A DNA stretch of 64,000 bases from the human T2T-CHM13v2.0 reference genome, Homo sapiens (GCF_009914755.1 NC_060927.1), one strand, 5' to 3'; counted from the first letter of the stretch, positions 17,928-41,858 are shown. The notes: a model not told the origin generated them from the letters alone. Numbers and translations: made by a program.

Positions 17928-20900
17928 TCAGTGGCTTCTTTAATTTTGTCGGTCTCGGTCACCATTTGTCTAAGCAAATTCAGGCAGGCTTCACCTTGCC
18001 TTTCTACATTTGTTCCCTTTTCTTAGCATTTTGGGCCTTTGTTTACACGTGGGAAAAGACCCACAGGTCGTCTCTCCCTTTGGGCAGGATACAGGCTTCC
18101 TGTGACTGAGGTTTTGCTAGCTGTAGAAGTGGCTGCCAATTGGCTTCTGGTTTTTATTTCCATGATTTGCTCCAGTGGCTCTTCCCTTCCATCATTGTTA
18201 GCTTTCAAGCTAGGAACTTTTAAAATGCTTTTAAATAAAAGTGAGCTGTTACTTGATGCATTTAGCAGTCTTCCTCACAGTGGTTTTGATAGACAGACTC
18301 CCTCAGTTTGGAATTTATGAGTTTTCTTTAAGGGTTTGTCTCCCTCATGTATAGCAGGCTGTTGAAAGTTACAATGTCAATAACTTTCTGAATAGTATCA
18401 AACTGTTTTCAGTGCAGTGTATTAACAAAACTAACCTGCCTCAAGTTTGGTCAGCTTTGGAGTCTTACTGAGGCTAAAATGATAAATCTAAATGATTTAA
18501 AATTGTGTATTCCTACACAGTATCTCACTTAATTATGTAATAGTCTTGTGAGTGAGGCAGAGCAGATGCCGTTTTCTCTATTTTAAAGATGAGGAAAATG
18601 GAATGGAAAATGGAAAGGACAGACTAATTGCAACATCCTCGCAATCAAAAACAGGCCCAGGTTCATGCCTTGTTGGCAGTGGGTTGCTACTGGCTGTGGC
18701 CTTCATGCAGGAAGGCTAGATGCATAACCAGGTCAACAGCCCGTGCAGGACAAGCACGCCATGTAATTCTGATTCCATCGACTGAGGCTGGTGTTTTCAA
18801 ACGTGCTGGTGTAGGGTCTTACAGACAGAGTCATCTGTGCTATGGGGAATGGAATGTGCTCTTGCTTTGGAGCCAGAACTCCTCTGAAGCTCCCACCACC
18901 TACACCATTCAGAGGCCAGACAGAAATTTGTTCACCATTTTGGGCATGATTTTCGTGCTTTTGTAAAATGTGCTTCACTGCAGCCCTTACTGGGCTGTGG
19001 TGATGAACACTTAAGATACTGTGTGTGTGCTTTATAATCTGTAAGGCACTGTTCAAGGGGAGGGACCTCTGCCATGAGCCCCTACCCACTGGTATCTGGT
19101 TGACATCCAAAGCCCCAGCCTGGGAGAAGCTGATTCTCTAGTTGAATGCTGTATAGGGATTTGACTGAGGCTCAGATTTGGTGAGGAAGACCACTAACCT
19201 TAACAGACCAACAGGCTGGCTACTCCCTGATGAAGTTCCCCAGGCCATGAAAGAAGTAAGAGATACATTCCTTGTAACAGCTTTCTTAGTTGCACCTGTA
19301 TGATTATTTGATCAGTGTGTTGTCTGTGCAGGGATCATGTCTGTGGAGCTCACCACCTCGTCCTCGGTGCTGAGCAGAGTGCCTGGCATGTGTACTCAGT
19401 AGATATTTGCTAAGGGAGCGAGTCAGTGATTGAGAGGAGCAGCCTGGGAGGTAAAGCCCTAGAATCTTTATTTTAAAGGGATATCAAAGTTGAACATTCA
19501 GTTAGACAGTTCTCTTGAGTCCAGGGATTTACCCATCCATGGTGGACACACTTTCAGTTAAAAAGTAAGGTTAATTTTGACAGGTTGCAGTATCCAGGCA
19601 AGCATTCTATGGAATAAGGCTCATCTCAGGGATTAGTAATGACTGAATTAACTTACTGCTAGTCCCATAATTTTGACGTTAATTAATGGGGTTAAGAAAT
19701 GTCATAAGCTATTTGGTACCATTTAAAGTGAAAATACCCTTAACGTTTTTTGCCTCCAGATATCCACACTTAATTTCATTTTCTTGCTCTTTGGTGAACA
19801 GTCCTGGGTCTGAATGTATATATCCATGGTTTGTCACTAGGTGACAGGTTTTTTTGGAACAAGAAATCAGTTCAGTGAACATTTGTCAAGTATCTTCTCT
19901 GTAAAAAGTGTAATGTGCCAAGCTCAGAAGTAGGAAGTGAAATGGATAAACTATGACCCCTGCCTTAAAGAACACCATGGTGTTGTATGGGAATTGTTTA
20001 GGTAGAATGAAAGAAATCCTCTAATAGAGATATGAGGCCAGTTCAGCAGAAAGCCAGGGTGAGATCTCCTGAGAGGGATGGAAGGGTGTCTTGATCATCT
20101 CTGGTAGCAGCAAAGGCACTGGCATACAGTGGCCACTGGAAGACAACCAGCAGGGGATGGGGGCGTTTACCCTTGCAAGTGAGCATTAGGAACTAGAGGA
20201 CTGATTGCCCTTTCTTCAGCTTTGGTTTCCCTTGCTGCAGAAAAAGATGCTGAGACTCATGGCCTCGGTTATGAACTCAGATATGTGGTTTGGCTTTGAA
20301 GCACAGATGGATTTTGTCCGATTTTGGCAGGGAAATGCCTACAGACAGCACTATGGGCATATTTAGGTTAGGGACGAAATGCAAGTTGATTAAGTCCTGA
20401 TAAGAGGCTGTGAAGAGGTCCAAGAAGCCTCACAATGCCCAATGAAGAAAAGCCCTGTGCTTGGTGCTGCCGCCTCCCTTCCCCGTCCTGCTGGCAGGGC
20501 TGCGCTTCAGTAGCTCTGGATGCGTCAGAGCAGTCCATGAACATTCTGTGTGGAAAATCTCTGACTGTTTTAGTGGATTACACTGCTCTCCCTTTCCTCC
20601 AGTGCCTCGTTATTCAGTATTATTTGATGTTCTCCAGCTTTTAAAATAATCATTTTCCGCCTACGCAGAACATCCTGTAGAGACGTTGAGGTTCCAGTGG
20701 GAACAGAGAGGAATACTTATTCTAAAAATGAAGAAAATAAACCTTTTTTTATGGAGTGGGTGATAGTATTGCAGAACTTCTATAATAGTATGAGAATTCA
20801 CTTGTGGTGCCAAAGCTTAAAAAAAAAGTATAGTAAAAACATAATGTATAGGCTTATTGCTGTGCTATGACCCATGCCCCGTTTTCTCCAACCTCTCTTG

Positions 20901-21778
20901 TCCTCACTCTTCCTTTTTGCTGGTGATATTTTTACTTATTTCATGAAAAAAAAGATAACATATACACACACATAGATATATGCACAAGTATATGTATATA
21001 TGTGTGCATAACACACATAAACATATACATTGGTAAATTTAAAAACATATTTATGAAATATATGTAGCATCTACAGAAAAACATGAACACTTGTGAGAAT
21101 AGCATCTGCCTAAAAAATAGGACATCACCATCACCTTTGAGGCTCTTATGTGCTGCTCCCCTGTGCCATTCCCTTCCCTTCTTCCTTAGAGGTGATTACT
21201 ATTCTAAATTTTGGGATTATTATTTCCTTTTTTTATTATAGTGTTTTAATTACAGTTTTATTACCTGTATTTGTATTCCTAAAAATTTGTTTACTTTTGC
21301 AAGCTTTAGATTTTATAAAAGTAGAATTACACTGTAAGTTTAATTTTTCTGTAATTTATATATAGCTACACATATATTCCTAAGATTCATCCATCTTGTT
21401 ACATATAGCTCTGGTTTACCTTTTCTGTATAATATAGATTCTGCTTCGTGAATTTACAGTTCATTCATTCTTCTGTTAAAGGACAGTTGGAGGACTCATA
21501 TGGCCTCAGTCTCTGTGTCCCCACATGCCACCCTGCTTCCCAGCCTCATATGAGTTGATTGGTGGCCTGGCATACTGGATGAGAAGCTCTAGGTCATATA
21601 TTTAAGAGAGTTATTGCTGGGTCATAAAATGACAGATTGTTTTCCAGAGGGGTCATATTGATTTAAATTATCACCAACAATTATATTGTCAGATTTTTAC
21701 CAGTTTGGTGATTGTGAAACAGTGTCTGATGGTAGTTTTTATTTGCATTTTCTTGGTTGAAATAAAGTTGTGTATTTC

Positions 21779-22084
<306 letters not shown>

Positions 22085-22435
22085 TATATTTCCTCAGCTG
22101 TTAAGTACCTGTTCAAGTTTTTTACCCAATATTTGATGGGCTCTTTTTTTGTCTTTTCTAATTAATTTTTGGAGTTTTTGATATATTCTAGATAGTAATG
22201 AGTTACATGAAAATATCCCTAGTTTAGGGATCCTCTAGTAACTTTTTAAAATGAATACTTGTTTTAGGAACAGAAATTCTTAGATTTAATGTAGGCAGAT
22301 TTTATCAATTGTTCTTTACAGATTGGCTTTGTAGCTTAAGAAATCCTTCCTAACTTTGCAATAATTAAAGATATGCTCTTAGATTGTTTCCTAAAAGACT
22401 GATACTTAAGCCTCTAGCCCACCTGGAATTGATTT

Positions 22436-25488
<3,053 letters not shown>

Positions 25489-25619
25489 TATCTACTTGTT
25501 CTGTGATACTTGTTATTGTCAGTTTGTTTGGATTTACCACATATTATTTGATCATAATTCTTTCCTGTAGATGTTTTATGGTCTGCCTAAACCTTTAGTG
25601 GGGCCTTTGATGGCTTAGT

Positions 25620-25936
25620 CCTTTCAGGCTTAAGACAATAGAAGTTTATTTCTCAGAGTTCTAAAAGCTGGGAAGTCCAAGATCAAGGCACCGACAGATT
25701 TAGTGTCTAGTGAAGGCCCGCTTCCTCATACATGGCACCTTCTAGCTGTATCCTTACATAGTGGAAGGGAATAGCTAGCTCTCTGGAGTTTCTTTCATAA
25801 GGGCTAATCCCACTAATCCCAATTATGAGGGAAGACCTAATCACCTCCCAAAGGCCCCACCTCCTAATAGTATCACCTTGGGGGTTAGGATTTAACATAT
25901 GAATTTTGTGGGGACACAGACATTCAAACAATAGCC
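25620..25936 (-). mobile_element. MLT1-family MaLR LTR
   Basis: 'gctgggaagtccaagatcaagg...ttgggggttaggatttaacatatgaattttg.ggggacaca'. Confidence 0.8.
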
Positions 25937-27482
25937 ATGGCAAACTTTTTTGCTTTGTCTAATTCACTCTTATTTTGAAAAGTATTTGTGTTGGGTTTAA
26001 AACTCCAGATTGGTAATTATTTTTTCTTAGTGCATTGAAGGTAATAGTGTATCATTTTCTGATTTCTACTCTTGCTCTTGAAAATTCAGCTATCAATCTT
26101 AAAATTTATTACCTGTTGAAAATCCAGCTACCAGTCTTATATTTTATTTACTTAGTGGGTAATCTCTCTTCTGAGTACCTTTAAGATCTCCTTTCAGAAA
26201 TACCATGTAGTAACCCTGTGTGTCACGTGTGGATTTTGTTGGGCTTGCTAGCTGAGACTTGACAGTTTTCATCACTTCTGGGATATTCTCAGGTATTTTG
26301 TCTTCAAAGTCTTCAGATATTGTCCTCTTCCTGCCCTCTCTCCGACTCCTTCTGGAACATGAGTTATGTATTTATTATCTCCCATGTGCATAAGTTATCT
26401 TTACATATTTTCAATTTCTTTATCTTTCTGTGCTACATTCTGGATAATTTTGTTGATCTACCTTCCAGTTAATTAGCTTGTTAACTTTGTCAAATCTCTT
26501 TTTAAGTCTATCTTGATTTTTCTTTTCAATTATTGTATTTTTCATTTTTAAAAACTTTATGTGCTCTTTTGGAAATCTTGATCCCAGGAGATAGTGGATA
26601 GTGTCCTGCTGCTTACTCATGGTTTTAATAGTTCTTGAGCATGCTGAACATACTTATTTTATGTTATTTGCTAATCTTTCCAATTCCTGAAACCTTTACA
26701 GATCTCATTCTGTGGATTCTTCTGGATTCTAATTCATGGGGCATTTTTTTTGTTTTTTGTTAATTCCTCATACTTTATCTGTGGGGAATTACTTGAAGCC
26801 TGGGTTGACAATGAAATTCTGCAGAGAGAATTTGCATTTGATTCTACTGGAGGAACAGTCAGCCCCGATATCAGTTTAAATTAAAATCTCTGCTTAAGGT
26901 TTTCAGGCAACCTGCTTAGCATGAATCCTGGCTGGAAAAGCATGTGAGGACCAGTTTATGATTACACATTCACAGGGTGTCATGTTTTCTTCCAACACCA
27001 ATGCTAGAGGTGGCAGTTTTGCTTACTGCCCTTGGAGGGACAGGGGAGTGGGCATGGGCATAGTAGTATGGTTTTCCTTTTCACTGGGGGTGCAGCCCTT
27101 GGAGTCTCAGCTTAATGTGTTGGGGAAGTGGTCTCCTATTAGACTCTCCATTTCAAACCATTCCATGATTTTGTCCTCCTTTTGCCACCTTCCGAGCCTG
27201 TAAAAACTAATGTTTGTGATTCCTGAGGTTTCTCTAATGTCTTTTAATAAAGTTGACCTCAGAGATCTCGTTACCTCTCTGAGTTCCTGCTTTGTCTTAG
27301 ATTTTGATCCTTGAGTGTTCTTTAATCTTTTAGCAATTCCTTGTTGCATGTTAAAAGATTAGTTATATTTTATTCCTCATTTGTGTTCGTTTTCACCAGG
27401 AGGCTCAATTCAGGCTTCTTTGCTTACTTGGTGTCTCTAGTTCTGGTGCCTGGTGCTTTGGTCAATGAAGTGGGGTTGGTAG

Positions 27483-27638
<156 letters not shown>

Positions 27639-27734
27639 TAAATCAGCTGAGTGTGTGAACAAGCAGAGCTACTACAACAATGGTCCAGGGAGCACAGGCA
27701 CAAAAGCTAAGGAGAGCAGCATGAGGTAGTTGGG

Positions 27735-27980
27735 AGGGCACAGGCTTTGGAGTCAGACACATGTGGTTTCAAATCCAAGTTCGACCATTTCCCATTTATT
27801 TGACTGTAGACAAGTTACATTCCTAAACTATGTCTCAGATTTCTCATCTGTAAGTTGTGGTATTACTAGTTAACATGCAGGGGTTTTGTTTGTTTGTTTG
27901 TTTGTTTGTTTGTGAGGGTAAGAAATAACCCAAGAAGCCTAGTCCTTGGTAGTTGCTCAGTGCCCTATAAATGTTGTGAA
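27735..27980. mobile_element. MIR with (GTTT)n
   Basis: 'ggctttggagtcagacac...ttcaaatcc...tctcagatttctcatctgtaa'. Confidence 0.7.
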
Positions 27981-29587
27981 CCAGGTGGTGAGGGTTTGGT
28001 GCTGCTAGAGAATTCTGGTATCTGCTCTGTGCAACAGAGTACTGTAGGTGATGCAAGAGAAAGAAGACCTGATGCCTTCTTTCCTCCCAGCTTTGAGAAT
28101 GGAGCAAAGGCCTACCCCAGCCACCAAGTGAGCCAGTGGGCTTGATCAGCACAGGAAAGGTGACCCCGGCAGTTTCATTTGACTATTGCATGGCTGGCAA
28201 CATTTCTATTGATTGTTTCCAGGGACCTTGGCGGATGAGCTCCTGTTGAGTCTAGCATCTCTGTTAAATCTGTTCTCAAATAGGTAATGCATATGGGAGG
28301 ATGCTGCCACCTTGCATCTACTAGACATCACCTATCTACTGTGAGACTCTCCCTCTAAGCCCTGCTGTGGCCTCAGAGTGCTTATTGGCCCTGTGAGTGG
28401 GGCAGCCACTATACATTGCATGGAGTTGGTACATGAGATAGAAACCTATTTGCCATCCCTTGAAACTGCCCCAGTCCAGAAGCTTCCTGTTAGCACATGT
28501 ACCTCCTTGTATGTATTCAGAACTCATTCCATTTAGGCTTGGAAACCCGTTTGGTGCAACTCTGTTCAAGTTCCATTGTCTGCTTTGAGAATGCTTGGGC
28601 TTGTATAGTGAGCTGTCACTTTTTAATTTGTTAGGAATTCTACTCGCCTTGCTTTTTCTTTTCCAGCATGTTTAAGGGAATGACCTCCAAGGCCCCAAAT
28701 CACAGTTGTATTCATGTTCTTTCATTTCACAGATACAATCCAGGCCAGTCCCAGATTTGTAGCTGTTAATAAATGTGAATGGTTTTCCAGTAAGGGGGTA
28801 GAAAAACATAGGGAGAGAACCGGGTTCAGAGTTCAATATCTGGATTCAAGTCCTTCCTTTAGCACTTTACTAACTGATGTAGAATAAGTCAGCTACTCAA
28901 TAGGTGCCTCAGTTTCCCCACCAAAATGCAGACATAGAAGGTGCTTTGTCTGCTTTGATGAGAAGTCTTTAAGCAAGTCTATGGGGTTCAATGTGTTTTA
29001 AGAACTATAAAGTACCATATAAATGTGGCCTTTATTCCCATTGTGTTCTTGGAAGTAATTCAATATAGTGTGTACTTCATAGCTGCTTTTGGACTATTGC
29101 CAGCCAGTGTATCATCCTAAACTACATGTCAGCATAGTATAATCCTGCCTTAGGTCTACTTTTGATTATTTAGGAAGACTCCCTGCCCTTCCTATACATT
29201 TCACATAATTTTTAATAAGTTGTAAAAAAGTGATTTATAGGATTCTTTGTAAGTGGGGGAAGTTAAGCAGACAAAAAGTTTTTAAATCTTACTGCAGAGT
29301 GTCAGGAACCTTTTATAGCACCAGACAGGTAGGGACAGAACATGAGTGGCAGCAAGCCAGACTTGGTCTTAGTGCTCTAACCTGTCTGTTAGAGGCTGGC
29401 CAGTCAGACCCCTGGTTGAAGACGTTGGGAATCCCAGCTCTTTGGAGGGGTAAGAGATTTTGTTAGACTGTTAACCAGATTCCACAGCCAGGCAGAACTA
29501 TTTCTGTCTCATCCATGTTTCAGGGATTACTTCTCCCATTTTGTCCCAACTGGTTGTATCTCAAGCATGAATTCAGCTTTTCCTTAA

Positions 29588-29698
<111 letters not shown>

Positions 29699-29921
29699 TG
29701 AAATTTCAACTGATCGTTTCTGAAAATAGTAGCTCTCCACTAATATCTTATTTGTAGTATGTTAAATTTTTCTAAAACTTCTAAGGATAGTTGCTGTATT
29801 GTATGATTTGCATATGGAGGTATCTATAAGAAGTTTTATACTTTTTAGCAAAATAGTCATTTGGTAGCCAACTTAAACAAATGTTTATTAATATAGAAGT
29901 TAATAATATCTACTGATACTC

Positions 29922-34330
<4,409 letters not shown>

Positions 34331-34861
34331 GATAATATACTGTGGGTTTATAACATATGTAAAAGTATGAGTAACATATTATCAGAAGGGGAGAAATGGA
34401 AGATAACTTAGGCATCTTATTTTTAAGCATAGTTTTCCCTTTGTTTCTGCATTAGATGATTTACCTGAAATGTCATTCAATTTAACTTACTCTCCATCCT
34501 CACCCGCCCAGCTTTGGTTATGAGGCAGTAGAAAGAAATGATCTGCCTGTGGTTTTCTAGAAATACGAAAGTTGAGTCCTTAAGGCTACACAGAAAGAAA
34601 GTACCTCCCCAGGGCTTCACCCTTCCCATCCTTTCAGCAGGCTTTTTGTCTGTCGTATCTTCTCTGTTGAAATGGCCATTGACAAGAGGAGGAAAGGGGT
34701 TTTGTTGTGGATTGTTCAGGCACTTCCTTTGGGGTATATGGGGGATGAGTGTTACATTTATGGTTTCTCACCTGCCATTCTGATAGTGGATTCTTGGGAA
34801 TTCAGGCTTCATTTGGATGCTCCGTTAAAGCTTGCTCCTTCATGTTCTTGCTTCTTCCTAG

Positions 34862-35029
<168 letters not shown>

Positions 35030-35077
35030 TGACAGCCATTCTTATACTTCTGTTGTATTCTTCAAATAAAATTTCCA

Positions 35078-35372
35078 GCCGGGTGCGGTGGCTCATGGCT
35101 GTAATCCCAGCACTTTGGGAGGCTGAGGTGGGCAGATAACTTGGGGTCAGGAGTTCAAAACCAGCTGGCCAACATGATGAAACCCCGTCTCTACTAAAAA
35201 AATAGAAAAATTAGCCAGGCGTGGTGGCGGGTACCTGTAATCCAAGCTGCTCAGGAGGCTGAGGCAGAAGAATCACTTAAACCCAAGAGGTAGAAGTTGC
35301 AGTGAGCCGAGATTGCACCACTGCACTCTAGCCTAGGCGACAGCGAGACTGCGTCTCAAAAAAAAAAAAAAA
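35078..35372 (+). mobile_element. Alu in MLH1 intron 16
   Basis: Alu consensus with A-tail. Confidence 0.93.
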
Positions 35373-35859
35373 GAACGTTCCAAGGTCAGGACTAGGCCTC
35401 CCCTCAGAAGCAGCAAGTGACATATGTGACATCCTCTCCACTCCCTATTTGCATTTCTAGGTTATATAACTGTACTACTATCCATGCATGCCTACTCTTG
35501 TTCCCAGGGTGAAGGACCCAGACATGGAGAGCCGAATCCCTGCAGGCCATTATAAATGAGATTATGCCATTTGCTCCCATTTCTTCTTATTCTTTCATTT
35601 TTGGGGCTCTCCATCTTGATGTGTTCTTTGGATCGTGAACAGATCCAAAGAAAAGGTTGTTCTGCCGTGCTGTTTGTCAGGATGAAAAACTCTTTTTTAA
35701 GTGTTTAGGTCTGCCCCCAGTGCCCAGCCCAATCAAGTAACGTGGTCACCCAGAGTGGCAGATAGGAGCACAAGGCCTGGGAAAGCACTGGAGAAATGGG
35801 ATTTGTTTAAACTATGACAGCATTATTTCTTGTTCCCTTGTCCTTTTTCCTGCAAGCAG

Positions 35860-35952
35860 GAAGGGAACCTGATTGGATTACCCCTTCTGATTGACAACTA
35901 TGTGCCCCCTTTGGAGGGACTGCCTATCTTCATTCTTCGACTAGCCACTGAG
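35860..35952 (+). CDS. MLH1: MLH1 exon 17 (93 nt)
   Basis: agcag|GAAGGG...CTGAG|gtcagt; encodes [31 protein letters not shown]. Confidence 0.98.
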
Positions 35953-36231
35953 GTCAGTGATCAAGCAGATACTAAGCATTTCGGTACATGCATGTGTGCT
36001 GGAGGGAAAGGGCAAATGACCACCCTTTGATCTGGAATGATAAAGATGATAAGGGTGGGATAGCTGAAGGCCTGCTCTCATCCCCACTAATATTCATTCC
36101 CAGCAATATTCAGCAGTCCCATTTACAGTTTTAACGCCTAAAGTATCACATTTCGTTTTTTAGCTTTAAGTAGTCTGTGATCTCCGTTTAGAATGAGAAT
36201 GTTTAAATTCGTACCTATTTTGAGGTATTGA

Positions 36232-36369
<138 letters not shown>

Positions 36370-37487
36370 TGATGCACACTGGCACCCCAGGACTAGGACA
36401 GGACCTCATACAATCTTTAGGAGATGAAACTTGCCCATCTCTAAAATTTCGGGATTTCTTTGTACCCAACAAGGTTCAAACACAACAGTCAGCTTTTATT
36501 CATGATTTTTACTTCCATCTGCTGATGTAGAACATACCTCCAGAGTGACCTCAGAAATTGTCAAATGTGAAAACACAAGCCATCACAGTGAGAAATGGGA
36601 GGTTGAGTTAGATTGTCTAAGGCTGGAGAGTCCATATACTCCCACTGTTAGCTCTGAAGTGTGTAGCCAGTCTTCAGATTCTGGGTCAGTTGCCTCAGTC
36701 TCTCTTAGCTTTTGCCTTACTCTTTATCCGACCACTGCCCTGCCAGGAAAACAAGGCTCTATAACTCCTCTTACAGGTCAGCTTGACACAAAAAGGGTGC
36801 CTGGATTCCTAATGTTTCATTGTCACTTTTCCCAGTCAGATGATAATGCTTTTCAAATCAACATATATTTTGGGGGAGGTTGGAAGGGAGAGTTGAAATA
36901 TTCTAAGAATCAAAGAGTAGCCCACTTTAATCAGAGTATGACCCCTGATTGCTCACAGTCATCTCCTGAGCAGTGTGAGCGAGTTTCAGATGAGGAGGCT
37001 GAAGGCCAGTCAGGCATGCTCGAGGATTCCAAGTCTGTAGGTGGGAGGGCAGAGATTTAGTCCTGTTGGCCAAAGCCTCTAGGGAATTTCTCACTCCAGT
37101 GGAGAAGGCAACACACTTACCAAACTGTGTGGAAACTATCTCATTTGATTAGAAATTTTACCTCAAGAAGAGGAAGGACAGTTGAGAAAGAACATTTTCT
37201 TACACATGAGACAGCTAAGGCTTACAAGAAGGAGAGGAATAATGAGGCAAAATAATCCTCATTAATATTTTCATTCCTCCCCTGGGGATTAGAACTACTT
37301 TCAGACCCGATTTTAATGGTAAGTTAGGTACTTCCTACAGTTGCCATCCAAATATCAGTCAGGATCAGACATGATGTTAGCTCCTGCTACAATAAAACCA
37401 TTTTCTCCCTGAATGAAAACAAAGGTTCCACAGGAGACAGTCCCACAGAGCAGTGGCTTCTTTTCCTCCCTTTAAAACCTCATGTTG

Positions 37488-37652
37488 GCTGGACACAGTG
37501 GCTCACACCTGTAATCCCAGCATTTTAGGAGGCTGAGGTGGGAAGATGGCTTAAGCCCAGGAGTTTGAGGCTGTAGAGCTATGATCACACCACTGCCCTT
37601 CAGCCTGGGTGACAGAGCAAGACCTTGTCTCTAAATAAACAAACAAACAAAA
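37488..37652 (+). mobile_element. Alu monomer (FRAM/FAM-like)
   Basis: Single-arm Alu with (CAAA)n tail. Confidence 0.8.
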
Positions 37653-37816
37653 AATCCTCTTGTGTTCAGGCCTGTGGGATCCCCTGAGAGGCTAGCCCAC
37701 AAGATCCACTTCAAAAGCCCTAGATAACACCAAGTCTTTCCAGACCCAGTGCACATCCCATCAGCCAGGACACCAGTGTATGTTGGGATGCAAACAGGGA
37801 GGCTTATGACATCTAA

Positions 37817-37996
<180 letters not shown>

Positions 37997-38164
37997 ATAT
38001 GGTTATTTATGCACTGTGGGATGTGTTCTTCTTTCTCTGTATTCCGATACAAAGTGTTGTATCAAAGTGTGATATACAAAGTGTACCAACATAAGTGTTG
38101 GTAGCACTTAAGACTTATACTTGCCTTCTGATAGTATTCCTTTATACACAGTGGATTGATTATA

Positions 38165-38170
38165 AATAAA
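38165..38170 (+). terminator. MLH1: MLH1 poly(A) signal AATAAA
   Basis: First AATAAA after the stop codon, followed by U/GU-rich sequence. Confidence 0.88.
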
Positions 38171-38351
38171 TAGATGTGTCTTAACATAATTTCTTATTTA
38201 ATTTTATTATGTATATATTGTGTCAGTTCAGATGCCAAAAAGAGGTCTTGAACATGTCACAGGCTCTGATGGCACTGACCATGGAGAAAGCTTGATTTGA
38301 TCATCTGGTGTCTACAATAACCAAAGCTAATTATTAAGGAAAAAAACTTGA

Positions 38352-39918
<1,567 letters not shown>

Positions 39919-39989
39919 TCAATTCAGAAGATTGGTATCCATATTTTTTAAATGAAGGTCTAATTAAAAAAGGAACAAATATTAGAGAT

Positions 39990-39995
39990 TTTATT
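39990..39995 (-). terminator. LRRFIP2: Probable distal LRRFIP2 poly(A) signal (AATAAA on -)
   Basis: tttatt on +, with a U-rich stretch downstream on -. A second tttatt lies at 40026-40031. Confidence 0.65.
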
Positions 39996-41193
39996 CACTT
40001 TTGAGTTACCTTTTTAAAGTCTAGTTTTATTATCTTATGTGCCTTTAGTCACTAGATTTTCCCCCAATATATTTTCTGTGTAAGCACTTTAAAGATACAA
40101 TAATCATTTCTATAAAACCACCTGGGTACTAAGAGCAAAAGAGAATCATAAATTCTGCAAAGTAGTTGCACTCCATGATTTTAAAAAAACCTCTTGGACA
40201 GGGTACCTCTAAAGGTGAAACTCAAGTCTTTAAAAGTTCTACATTCCAGATTGTTTTTCCTTGAGAAGGAGACAAAAGAAGAGGGATGTGGTTGCCATGA
40301 TTTGTTTTAAAGTCTCCTATAACAAAATGAACATGTCAGTAGCCAATTGTGGTTGGCAAAAGGGTGTATTTAATAGAATCTGCAGGCAGATTTCCAATCT
40401 GCCTGCCCTGCCCTACCCTCCCCCTTTGGGTTTGTTTGAGGTTTCATTCCACAAATAAGCAGCAGATAAAATACTTTACAAGGTACAGCACAGTTGTATT
40501 GAAGAAAAAAAGGACCCAACTCTTACTTTAGGAGTATTAGGCCTGGACTTCCCCTGCCCCATGCAATAAAGCAAGTTTTATATACACTCCCCATATTTTT
40601 TTCTAACATTTTCTTATATAAATTTAAATATTTTACAAAAAAAGGCTTTTTTCCTCCAAACATATAAATCTGAGTGAAACATAGATTCCCCACCCGAGAA
40701 CTTGTTTCTTCACTAAAATATAAATGTTGTCTGATATTAAGGGTAAATGTCTTTTGACCACTGGAGATCACTGAAGTCTGAATTGCACCGTGGAGAAGGC
40801 ACTTGTGTTTTCTGAGGTCTCCAGCAAGTATCTCAGTGAGCACTCATAGAATTGCTGTCTGTCCTCCAGAACCCGTGCCAAGGCCTCCGAGTGCCCAGTT
40901 ACTGAGGCAGCTGGGGAAAAATGTTGAGTAAACATGATTCTACAATTACGGAGATAAAAAATAAAAACAGCATGGACTGGTTCTACCCTAGAATCAAACT
41001 ACAACAAAATCCAAAGTGTTCATTCATGTAGATTCAAAATGACTTCATTCTGTCATAAATTATAAAATACAAAGGTGGCTGTTTTAATGACAAAACTCAA
41101 AACAGTACTAAAAGGGGTTTGTGTCAATGGACAAAAGTCAGTCCCTCTAGGTAGGGCCCCAAGGAGCATCACCCAGGTTGAAGGGTGGTTTTC

Positions 41194-41304
41194 CTACTGC
41201 TGGGCCAGAAGTGCTGTCCTATTGGCCTTCATCTTCTCCAGCCGCTTGGCCAGGTGGCTGTTGGTCATCTCCATCTCCTCAATCTTGTCCAGTGCTGTTC
41301 GTAA
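41194..41304 (-). CDS. LRRFIP2: LRRFIP2 last exon coding part (111 nt)
   Basis: cag|TTACGA...CAGTAG; encodes [36 protein letters not shown]. Confidence 0.97.
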   Translation of the reverse strand, partial: LRTALDKIEEMEMTNSHLAKRLEKMKANRTALLAQQ

Positions 41305-41753
41305 CTGGAGACAGGGAGAATGCAGTCACTACATGTGGTCAGAAACAACATCCAGTGCTACTCTATTTTCAACTTCCTGGGAAATGAAAGCACTGCTAAC
41401 TGTGATGGCCTTGCACAGGACCCACAACCTCATTTTTTCTATCAGTTAGAGGTGTTAAATGATGATACTGAGGATTGTTTATTTGTTTTAATCACAGAAA
41501 GGATATATAGAAGTTGGAGAAATAGACCTGATCTGAAGCAAAAATACAAACTATCTTTTTACTTAGTATCTAATTGACCAAAACATAAAAGTAAATGGCA
41601 GTCACTATGCAGGTCAAAAACCAACACAAATTAGTTAAGTGACTCCACTGCTGTTTCCTTAAGTATCAAATTTCTTACACAGCTAAGAATTATTTCCAGA
41701 AGATTTTTTCTTTTTAGGAATGTATTCTCCAAGAAACATATTAAAAGAAGTAC

Positions 41754-41858
41754 CTCTCGTTGTAGCTTCCGTTTTTCTGCTTTCAATTCATCTTCAACTT
41801 TCTCAGCATTCTCAGCAGCAGTTTTATATCTCAGAACCTGTCCCTCAAGCCGGCTAAT
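41754..41858 (-). CDS. LRRFIP2: LRRFIP2 exon (105 nt)
   Basis: Encodes [35 protein letters not shown]; AG/GT flanks. Confidence 0.97.

Noticed and set aside
36545-37060. 171-aa plus-strand ORF in MLH1 intron 18
   Set aside because: Non-ATG start, no homology I recognise, and not splice-linked to exon 18.
41075-41449. 124-aa plus-strand ORF
   Set aside because: Antisense shadow of the LRRFIP2 last exon.
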